From the NCBI GenBank assembly GCA_973895155.1, contig OZ316896.1, forward strand, positions 8,577,539 to 8,641,538: a stretch of 64,000 nt of DNA, in the 5' to 3' direction. The notes beneath the pieces were generated by a model, which made no database searches, was not told the DNA's origin, and worked only from the letters and a program-made list of their open reading frames with translations. Positions 26,101-36,751 of the stretch are shown here, piece by piece (the stretch's first letter is position 1; each line of letters starts with the position of its first letter). Made by a program: the position numbers and the translations under genes. The DNA comes from Marsupella aquatica (lineage: Eukaryota > Plantae > Marchantiophyta).

Positions 26101-27410
26101 GGCTAAGTATTCCACAATTCGGATCTTGTGTTAGCTTGTTGTGTTTTTTGGTCTGGTGATGGATCAGATGGATGTTGTTACTGCTTTTCTCTATGGCAAC
26201 TTGGAAGAGATGATCTTCATGAGACAGCCACTAGGCTTTATGAAGAAGGGCCAAGAGAACTTAGTTTGTAGATTGTTCAAGTCCTTGTATGGATTGAAAC
26301 AATCTCCCAGACAGTGGAACAAGCGGCTTGATGATTTCATGCTTGCTCAAGGTTTTACAAGGATGGTGTATGATCCTTGTGTGTATATGAAATCAGTCAA
26401 GAATGATGTATTTGGTTTCATCATTCTGGTGATCTATGTGGATGACATGCTGATTGTGGCTAAAGATCAATTTGAGGTTGACAGTCTCAAGGCGAAATTG
26501 AGTGCTGAATTCAGGATGAAGGATCTTGGTAAGGCCAAGAGGATCTTAGGGATGGAGATTTTTAGGAACTCTGATACTGGACAGTTGTGCTTGAGTCAAG
26601 GCCAATATGCAAGGAAAGTACTTGCACGATTCAACATGGAGAATTGTAAGCCAGTGAGTATTCCTTTAGCTTCACATTTCAAGTTATCATCGGCTTTCTC
26701 TCCTATGGATGCTGTGGAGAAAGGTCTGATGGCTAAGATTCCTTATGAGAAGGCAGTAGGCAGTCTGATGTATTTGATGACTTGTACTAGGCCTGACTTG
26801 GCCCTAGCGATGGGCAAGGTTAGCAGATTCATGTCAAATCCAGGGAAGGTACATTGAGAAGCTGTGAAGTGGATTCTCAGGTATCTGAAGGGAACACAAG
26901 ACTATGGATTACTATTTGATAACGGATCAGATAGAACATTAGTTGGCTATGTAGATTCTGACTATGGAGGCTGTCTGGATACAAGGAGATCTACAACTGG
27001 GTTTGTATACACTCTTGGAGGAGGATGTATCAGTTGGAAATCTACCTTGCAGAAGTGCATATCTCAGTCTACTACAGAAGCAAAGTATGTTGCAGCAGCA
27101 GAAGCAGAGAAGGAAGCAATTTGGTTGGATAAGTTGATCGCGGAGATGGGTTTAGAGCATGGAAAAATGACTCTAAACTATGATGTCAGAGTGCTCTTCA
27201 CTTGGCTGCTAACCAGGTGATGGAAGCAAGGTGAAGCACATTAATATCAGGTACCATTTTATCAGGCAGGTAGTTTCTGATAAAACTTTTGAGCTAGTCA
27301 AGATTGATGGAAAGCTCAATCCCGCTGATGCCTTTACCAAAGTGATTCCTTTGGAGAGTTTCTCAAGACACCGTGCTACTTTGCAGGTTTTGCAGTTGTG
27401 GTGCAAGTAG
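23129..27410 (+). pseudogene. Copia gag-pol polyprotein, disrupted
   Basis: Gag with zinc knuckle CWNCGKPGHMKRDC; protease WILDSACTFH; GAG-pre-integrase LWHFRLGH...CEHC; integrase DVWGP/LRSDNGGEY/QQNGVSERLN; RT YKARLVAKG, SLYGLKQSPRQW, YVDDM; RNase H GYVDSD...NPADAFTK. In-frame stops at 24101, 24182, 25895, 26132 and 26855; frameshifts near 27185 and 27231. Confidence 0.96.
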
Positions 27411-27608
27411 AGTTATTTAGCAATGTGTGACTATTTGTATATGGATTACTCATTCCTGTTAGGCTACGGCTTAGTTCTAGTTAACCCTTAGTTAACCCTT
27501 GTGGTTTTTAGGGGGAGACCTGGTTTGGTGATTGTCTAGAACTTCCCACTGAGGATTCCATATGGTTGCATTTAGTCTAGTCCCCAAGACAAGAGTCAAG
27601 GGGAAGTT

Positions 27609-27952
27609 TGTTAGATATTGCTCTAGTCTTGTGACTCATGAGCTAACCATAGTTAGTCTAACTCGGGTTAGGACTTAGCTAATGTTAGCGGTTGTGCTGT
27701 TGTGCATATAGCCAAGGCTGATGCCAGACCCTGGTGGAACAAAGGCTCATTGTTATGGAGCTAGTTGAGAGATAGGGAGAGCTTGTGCTGTGGATGCTTG
27801 GTATGGCCGGTCGGCCTAGAGTGCAGTAAAGCTCTTGTATGTTCCCGTGGACGTAGCCTCATGTGGAGGTGAACCACGTATCTCTCTGTGTCGACTCTTA
27901 TGCGTTGGATGATTCATGGGCTTGCCGTTACGAATGTCGTCTATGCTCAACA
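27609..27952 (+). repeat. 3' LTR of Copia copy 1
   Basis: About 9 substitutions versus the 5' LTR by eye, all transitions. Confidence 0.97.
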
Positions 27953-28977
27953 TATGAAAAGTCACTAAAATTGGCCAGGTTTGGGTAACATCCATTAGCC
28001 CATTTCCCCACCACATACCCCACTAGTCAAGATTTGACGGCTCTCTTCACAAACTAGGAAAATCTTACCATACAAAATTAATCTAGGAAAATTAGATATT
28101 AAGGAGTACAGTAGTCCTTTTATTTCACGAAAGGTGACCTTCACTACTTTGATACAAAAAAAACCCCTATAAAACTAGTGTCCTACTTTTTTGGAGAGGT
28201 TGCCCACAGGACAAAAGATCTTGGGGACAGAAATGCTGGTCCGCCACCCATAGTGGGACTTTATGGTTGAGGACAGAATTCAATAGTTTTGGCTCTTTGT
28301 CCTAACCCGTTGCTGCCAGGGGCACAAAGAGTAAAGTGGCACTTTACGTAGCAGTCTCTCGTTTGTCCTCCCACGGTACAGTAGTTGGGTGCCTTGGGGC
28401 AGGGAGCAAGAGCAACACTTGCCTTGCTTTTGACATAGAGGGGTACTCTAGGGGGTAGGGCCAGCTTTTTCCTTTTCGCCCAGAGGGCAGTCGCCAAGTG
28501 CAACACCTTGCAGCCTGGCAAAATGGAGGAGAGGGAGAGGGACAGGTTTTTAATTTAGACAAGAATAGAATCAACTTTTAATTATTATGTCCCTAAAGTT
28601 GTTCAATTGATAATACTGCTGGGCTTTTTCTTGTAATTATAAATATGTCACTGATTCATATAAAGACAACAAGTTAAACAAAGTACCCAAGGTGGGAATA
28701 CACTATTCAAAACTGTGACATATTTGTAAATGCATTATAGACAATGGCTTTATTGTACTAATTAGAACATCTTTAGTGACAATGTAGTTAAAAGCTGATA
28801 TAAGAATACCATTATCTAAAGACTTGATTTAAAAATCCCTTATACATAATTATTGACTTCTTATTGGATTCACTATTGTATGTCGAGGCTTTCCAAGATC
28901 TATACAATGGTTCAAATTTGAGGAAAATAAATTGGTTTAGGGGCTTGACTTTCACTGAACCCCGTTAATGCCATAGT

Positions 28978-31900
28978 TGTTGAGCATAGACAACATTCGC
29001 AACGGCAAGCCCATGAACCATCCAACGCACAAGAGTTGACACAAAGAGATACGTGGTTCACCTCCACATGAGGCTACGTCCACAGGAACACACAAGAGCT
29101 TTACTGCACTCTAGGCCGACAGGCCATACCAAGCATCCACAACACAAGCTCTCCCTATCTCTCAACTAGCTTCGTAACAATGAGCCTAAGGTCCACCCAA
29201 GGTCTGGCATCAGCCCTGGCTATATACACAACAGCACTACCGCTAACTTTAGCTAAGTCCTAACCCAAGTTAGACTAACTGTGGTTAGGACATGAGTCAC
29301 AAGACTAGAGCAATATCTAACAAACTCCCCCTTGACTCTTGTCTTGGGGACTGGACTAAATGCAACCATATGGAATCCTCAGCGGGAAGTTCTAGACAAT
29401 CACCTAAACAGGTCTCCCCCTAAAAACCACAAGGGTTAACTAAGGGTTAACTAGAACTAAGCCGTAGCCAAATTGGAATGAGTAATTCATATACAAATAG
29501 TCACACATTGCTAAATAACTCTACTTGCACTACAACTACAAAACCTGCAAAGTAGCACGGTGTCTTGAGAAACTCTCCAAATGAATCACTTTGGTAAAGG
29601 CATCAGCGGGATTGAGCTTTCCATCAATCTTGACTAGCTCAAAAGTTTTATCAGAAACTACCTGCCTGATAAAATGGTACCTGATATTAATGTGCTTCAC
29701 CTTGCTTCCATCACCTGGTTAGCAGCCAAGTGAAGAGCACTCTGACTATCACAGTTTAGAGTCATTTTGCCATGCTCTAAACCCATCTCCGCGATCAACT
29801 TATCCAACCAAATTGCTTCCTTTGTTGCTTCTACTGCTGCAACATACTCTGCTTGTGTAGTAGACTGAGAAATGCACTTATGCAAGGTAGATTTCCAACT
29901 GATACATCCTCCTCCAAGAGTAAATACAAACCCAGTTGTAGACCTCCTTATGTCCAGACAGCCTCCATAGTCAGAATCTACATAGCCAACTAACGTTCTA
30001 TTTGATCTGTTATCAAATAGTAATCCATAGTCTTGTGTTCCGTTCACATACCTGAGAATCCATTTCACAGCTTCCCAGTGTACCTTTCCTGGATTTGACA
30101 TGAATCTACTAACCTTGCCCATCGCTAGGGCCAAGTCAGGCCTAGTACAAGTCATCAAATTCATCAGACTGCCTATTTCCTTCTCATAAGGAATCTTAGC
30201 CATCAGACCTTTCTCCACAGCATCCGTAGGAGAGAAAGCCGATGATAACTTGAAATGTGAAGCTAAAGGAATACTCACTAGCTTACAATTCTCCATGTTG
30301 AATCGTGCAAGTATTTTCCTCACATACTGGCCTTGACTCAAGCACAACTGTCCAGTGTCAAAGTTCCTAAAAATCTTCATCCCTAAGATCCTCTTGGCCT
30401 TACCAAGATCCTTCATCCTTCATCCTGAATTCAGCACTCAATTTTGCCTTGAGACTGTCAACCTCAGATTGATCTTTAGCCACAATAGCATGTCATCCAC
30501 ATAGATAACCAAAATGATGAAACCAAACACATCATTCTTGACTGATTTCGTATACACACAAGGATCATACACCATCCTTGTAAAACCTTGAGCAAACATG
30601 AAATCATCAAACCGCTTGTTCCACTGTTTGGGAGATTGCTTCAATCTATACAAGGACTTGAGCAATTTGCAAACTAAGTTCTCTTGGCCCTTCTTCATAA
30701 AGCCTAGTGACTATCTCATGAAGATCATTTCTTCCAAGTTGCCATAGAGAAAAGTAGTAACAACATCCATCTGATCCATCACCAGACCTGATGTGCGAAC
30801 GGGGAGGGGCAAGGCTGGGGCACGCAGTGGGAGGCAGCAGCAGCAGCCGGGCGGCGCTGCGCTGCGCAGGGGGAGAAAAAAGCAAAAATTGGGGTGCAGG
30901 AGGGGGAGGGGGAAAATACAAGATGGGTAACAGGGGGTCGGGTATGAGGTGTATACACCTCGTATGAGTACCACAAGGGGCCCAAACAACCCCCTTAAAG
31001 CCAAGAATTGACACCGCAAGTTAAATAAAAATAACTCACATCAATTGCCCCTGTTTGAAACGAGAAAAAATGAACGCCGCCGATGGGAAATGTTGTCAAA
31101 TTGCACCGGCACAGTCTGTAGCTTTGGCAGAGAAAAACATTTCCGCTGCGTCGTCTTCACTCTGCGTCAAGTGCCAATCCCGGGCTCAAAACGACCGCCT
31201 CGCTGCGATCAAACCGGTGAGCCGTAGCACTTCGCATTTCTTCCACCGAGTCGGACGTCACGAAGAGAAACCCGGTTCAGATGAGAACAAGCTCCATAGC
31301 ATGTGAAAAAACCTGAACGCACTTGTCATGTCGCACTCGATAACAACTTGGCAGCAATCCAGCTACCGAAACGACCAGCTCGCTTCAACCTTCAACTTAA
31401 GCTATAATGTGCAATCCCCCGAACACCGCACTGCTCACACCGTTGAAAAATGCAAACTCTGGTCTCTCCCCCAAAAAACCATCGAACATGAATAAAACCT
31501 GAATGACGCAAACTTCAATTCCTCCGCACCACGGATACCGATCACCGAGTTCTAATCACCGTTAGAAAGCCCTCTCACTAACCTATCCGCACAGCCACAT
31601 ACATCCGAGTTTCATGCGACGAAACCCTGAATATACCATCAACAATGAACACTGGAAAAACACGTCACGAAAAAACCTTGTCACCTCCCAGGCATGCTCT
31701 GATCAATACCACTTGTTGAGCATAGACGACATTTGCAACGGCAAGCCCATGAACCATCTAACGCACAAGAGTCGACACAGAGAGATACGTGGTTCACCTC
31801 CATATGAGGCTACGTCCATGGGAACACACAAGAACTTTACTGCACTCTAGGCCGACAAGCCATTCCAAGCATCCACAGCACAAGCTCTCCCTATCTCTCA

Positions 31901-32058
31901 ACTAGCTCTGTAACAATGAGCCTAAGGTCCACCCAGGGTCTGGCATCAGCCCTGGCTATATACACAACAGCACTACCGCTAACTTTAGCTAAGTCCTAAC
32001 CCAAGTTAGACTAACTGTGGTTAGGACATGAGTCACAAGACTAGAGCAATATCTAACA
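28978..32058 (-). mobile_element. Internally deleted Ty1/Copia element (copy 2), same family, opposite orientation
   Basis: 345-bp LTRs at 28978-29322 and 31714-32058; TSD atagt on both sides. The 5' leader is fused directly to mid-RT at 30788/30789, so gag, PR and IN are absent. The PBS carries a 4-bp insertion. Confidence 0.97.
29520..30788 (-). pseudogene. Partial RT-RNase H of Copia copy 2
   Basis: Homologous to 26150-27410; YVDDM present; stop at 30711; 1-bp deletion near 30487; 7-bp tandem duplication near 30414-30427. Confidence 0.93.
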
Positions 32059-32091
32059 ATAGTAACTGAAGTGAGAGCATCACCGCCGGCT

Positions 32092-32412
32092 TGTTAGGCA
32101 TCTAACATAGGTCTAGAGTTCTAATTGCAGTTAGTCAAACCCTGGTCATGTGCTTGGTATGTTACAATTTGATGTGCTACTACTTTATTCACTAGCAAGA
32201 CTTAGTTATAAGTGACCGGCTTGGTTAGTGAGTGGAACTTAGGCTTAGAGTTCAGATAGTAAAGTTAAGCTCTATGTGTGTTCTCGGGAACGTAGCCTGT
32301 GGTGATCGAGGTAAAACACACATCTCCTTTGTTAATTACTTGTGTGTTTGTTGGCTGTTGTACTTACATTACTGTGAATGATATCTTATAAGTAGCGATC
32401 ATCTGCTCAACA
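32092..32412 (+). mobile_element. Older solo or partial LTR related to the Copia LTRs
   Basis: Ends in ...tgctcaaca like the family LTR. Internal ctctatgtgtgttctcgggaacgtagcct...gaggtaaaacac resembles LTR ctcttgtatgttcccgtggacgtagcct...gaggtgaaccac. The 5' boundary is uncertain and no TSD was found. Confidence 0.55.
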
Positions 32413-35400
32413 CGTACTACTAGCTTACTACCTAGGTTTGTAAACACAATATGGTCTAATAACATCAAGCCATGTGGGCACTGAATCCCATTGGATTACA
32501 AGACTATTATACATTGCTTTAATGGTTTTTTTGGTTGATAGTGGAATTAGATTTGTGAGCCAGTGGCTACTGCACATTGAGTTGTGCTTGATTCAATAGT
32601 TGGTTTTCTAAGATCATTCAATGGTGCATGAGTTTGAGGAGAAGATAATTTTTCTAGTAAGTTGTGGGCTTGTCCTCTACTGCAAGCATCTTCAAGGCTT
32701 CATGAGGACCTTCACTCCCCGATGGTGCTTCCATCCAATAACTTAATGCAGTGATCATGATAAATCCAACTTTGCAACCTCCATCTTTTGGGCAGAATAG
32801 AAGTTTGGAGGTGGTCCTGGGGGTAGTGCCCAGGCTCAGTCTGCCAACCTACAAATGAACCGGTGGTCATCAAGGCCAACACACGGAAAATCCAACAAAA
32901 ACCTACTGTTGTGCCAGAAAACCTGCGTTGCGCCAAGCATGCAAACCTGGGCTGCCCCAATGGCAATCAAAATTTTACTTCACCATTGGAGTTCCCATCC
33001 TCTATAATGCAAGCGCCAGCTAATGGGGTCCTGTTCATAGTTGTTAACTCCACACTTTAGCAGTGCATGGCGGCCAAACTTCTGAAGATGCTCTCCTGGT
33101 TCATGCCATACAATAAACTAAACTTATCCTACCACTATTGGCTTTTTATTGTACAGTGTAAGGAAACCACTAGCCGGTGGAGATGCTCTTCAAGTATATG
33201 AGAAGTAAGAGAAGAGGGGTTATGGTGCCTGGAATAAATGGCACACAGGGTGAGTAGTTTGAGAGTGTGGAAAGTGTGTACGGGGAGGAGGGGTTCAAGA
33301 GAGATAGGGTTGCTGGGGAATCGAGATGCCAATTGTAACTATATAACTGTGGTCGAAAGCTACTCTTCAGAGCCTATAAACAGTCTATTGTATAGTCTAG
33401 ATTGAAGCCTGTAGTAGACAATGATGCTTGGGCTTAACTGAAGTTGGCCGTGTGAAAGGAAAATGAGATTTGGTAATACGGCGAGTCTCTATAATGGGCT
33501 TTAGTAGAATGTCCTCACCCCTGTTTATGGGCAAAGAAAGCTGGACACTCAGATTAGTACTTGGATGTGTTTACAAGAACTTGTGGCAATTTTTTCCTTT
33601 CAATGTCTGAGATGCAATCATAATTAACTCAGCCAGGTGAGTCCATGGAATATCATTTATGGCACTAGACTGTCCGTTGCCTGGTTGCTGCCCCCAAAAG
33701 TAAGCAATAATTGTTTTTGCTCACAACGTGAAGAGCTTTGTCTGAATCACACTGTTGGGTGGGTCCGTTGCCCCTCTGTGTAAAAGGAATTGTTCCTCTT
33801 CATGGTTCCAAACTCTGAACCTCCATCTCCCCACACAAACAGTACACCAAAACACTTATAGCCTGTTGGATGAAAACAAAGGTCCCATTCTTGGTATTTA
33901 TGTATTGTTTGGGCAGCAACAGGCAGACACCATGTGAATAGCATGACAATGCCATAAATGACTTTCCTGGGATACACCCCCCATATCAATCCTAGACCTT
34001 GAAAATGTAGGAAGGTTATGTGAAACTTCACTTGACATGAACTGTGGGGGACAATCATGCAAAATCATTACCAATAGCAGTCATGTGCTAGTGGGACCCA
34101 GTTTGGCTATCTACAATATGATTGTGCTTTTCTGCAAAAACAACTTAGGGTGGCTTTACAAGATCTTGGGGGCGATTTGAGTGTTCTTTTTACCAAAGCT
34201 AATCTATCAGCCATTTAGCATAGTGTACCAGGCCTACAGGAGAGTGAGGAATCATTTTTATTGCCCTCAATGTCTTGTAAAGCAAAGTAAAGACTAGGAG
34301 ACAAGGTAGGGACCCACTTCCCCTAAAAGTCACATAGTTCTTTGGCTAGGGCTCTTCTTGTTCCGACAAGAGAAGACTTGATGAAGGGCTTGTGGGTCCA
34401 CTTTCAATGTAAAAGAATCAAAATAGGCATGGACCAAACGGCCATATGAAGAAACCACCAAGGGAGGTGGTCTAAAATTGGCTCCACATAAGCATTTCTT
34501 ATTGTCCCACTCCTTTCCTTGTAGGATTGGTAAGAGGTAAGGTTGAAAGTGCCTGCAACATTTTGTAAAATGAATTGCAAAAGTTTCTCCCCTATAAATG
34601 GCCCCTGATGACATCTTGGAGACCAGGAAAAAGTTAAACTAGTGCCCCAACTTCTTGTAAAGCAACCTTTAATTAAGACCAAGCAGCAGTCTCCATTCAG
34701 GGTACGTCTTGTATTTATATGTACATTTTTGCTCACACATTTTGACTTTAGTATATGCAAGGCCCACCCTTGTTTGGATTTGAATGTGACTTAACTGCCC
34801 CCTCATTTTTGTAAAGCCCCCCCTTAGTATGCAACTGGCCCCCATTTTTATTTTAAATCAAAAGACACTTAACTACCCCCACTGTCTTGTGAAGCCTACC
34901 TTAGAAACTAGAAAGAAAGAAAGAAAGAGAGGAGGGAGTTACCCTGACTCGAACTAACTGCCACCACTGTCTTGGAAATTGCCCCTAGAAACTACAAAGA
35001 AAGAAAGCCAGGAGGGGGTTTATCGTGACTAGAATCATAATTTCTATACAGAATGCAGGTTACCTGTATGTACCATTGCCATTGCTGGAGGCACAGGGGG
35101 GAGCATGCTATTCCCATCATCTCTTGCCTAAAAGTAACCTTTTTAAGATGACAATTAGGTACTATAATGGAAGTCTGGCTTGCTAACCTGATCCTTGCTT
35201 CAAGAAAGCTCAAAACAGTTACACAGCTCAATAAAGTTTAGCATCATTTGAGATTTCTTCAACTTCTGGTCACATAGCATGTTCATACTGGAACATGTCT
35301 CTTTTTTTGTCTTGTAATGATGTGTAATTTGTTTAATTTATTTTATGATAAAAAGTACATATTTGTAAAATATATGCCAAGAAATTAATATCTGTCAATT

Positions 35401-36751
35401 ATGAGTGGGTGACATAACACACAAAACAATCACATGCAAAGAAAATCACATTATGACCAAGAAAGTACAAAGGTACTGAAGAGTTGAGCACATAGAGTAC
35501 ATATTTTCAATTGCTTCTAGATAATGACAGTCAACCCAATTAAAAACATAAATTTTGCAAAGTAAACCACGAGGGGAATTTAGTACACGAAATGTGCACA
35601 TTGCTCAAACTTATTTCTCTCACTCTCATGAGAAAAAAGAAGATTCACTAAGGAGTGATTGAAAAGGAAAGATTAAACCTTTATGAGAGGAGCCAAATAC
35701 ATTCAAAATACTCTAAGTCCACTAAAATTAAAAGGGGTCCAAAAGTTAATTTAAAATAAAATTAATACAAATGATTCACCTTGTTAAGACACATTAAAAT
35801 TAAAATACTTGACAGAATATGAACGAGACAAAATATGAATGGTGGATTCACCATATACCACAAGAAGTTTATATTGAGGTTTCTTCAATCTCTGGTCACA
35901 AAGTTATACCCTAGTACTCCCATGTCACAAAATAGTAACCCCACACCACCAGCAGCGGGCCATTATTGTCCTGTAAGTGAGAGTGAGGGCGATGAACAGT
36001 GTGGCCCGGGAGCGGGGCGAGCAAGGGTGGGGGAGGGGGGTCGGCAGTGAGAGAGGGGCGGGTGGGGGCGGAGTGAGGGGGTGCTCGGGAATCGAGACGG
36101 ACCTCGTCTCTGGCTCTCTGGCGTCTTCCCTCCCGTTGGTGTCATCTCTTGTCTGTGTGGGTCGCAGAGTTCGAGGTGGTGCATGCGTTGCGCTTGCGCT
36201 TGCGCTGTTGTGGAATTTGTGGAGCTGCAGGATGACGAAGCGATGGCGTAGCAGTGTCGCTGATCTGCTCCCCCTCGCGATCAGGCAACATCAGCCTCTC
36301 TCCGGAAAGTGACTTTCGACAGGAGAGGAAAGTTAGGGGGGCTTTACAAGAACTTGGGGGCAGTCGCAGTGCAGTGAAGAAAAAAGTTTCTTTCGTCGCG
36401 CGGAAATTCGGGAGAGGAGGGACGCGGCTCTGTACGTGTGTGGACGAAGGATTCGGAGGCAGAGATGGCATTTCCACCCGTCGTAGGCGAAGTGAAGTGA
36501 AATTGTGCCGGTGGCGGAACGGAGGACTTGGATAACGGTGCGTGCTTGCGATCGTTGTGCCTTGGGAGTTTGAAGTGAGGAAAGCTTGTCAGTCAGTCAG
36601 TGGCATGGAGTGAGTGAATGATTGATTATTGTTACACGAGGATGCTGGGGCGGGCGATTGGAATTCTCTTATGTCTGTGATGTGATACGGAGGTGGTGAA
36701 CTTCACTTGCTTTCAGCTTCGTAGGAGGAGGCGGGGGCGTTCGTCCTACGG

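Larger units (their letters stand above)
21220..27952 (+). mobile_element. Full-length Ty1/Copia LTR retrotransposon (copy 1), decayed
   Basis: 344-bp LTRs (TG...CA) at 21220-21563 and 27609-27952; TSD tatga on both sides; tRNA-iMet PBS tggtatcagagc at 21566-21577; PPT before 27609; domain order gag-PR-IN-RT-RH. Confidence 0.98.

Noticed and set aside
27411-27608. env-like extra ORF in the Copia element
   Set aside because: Only about 200 bp lie between the pol stop and the 3' LTR, with no ORF.
30780-30800. Copy 2 deletion as a retrotransposed spliced RNA
   Set aside because: In copy 1 the sequence preceding the junction is ...gtgttttttg, not an AG acceptor.
32500-35300. Short ORFs as genes or transposase
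   Set aside because: No recognisable motifs or consistent exon chain; probably decayed repeats.
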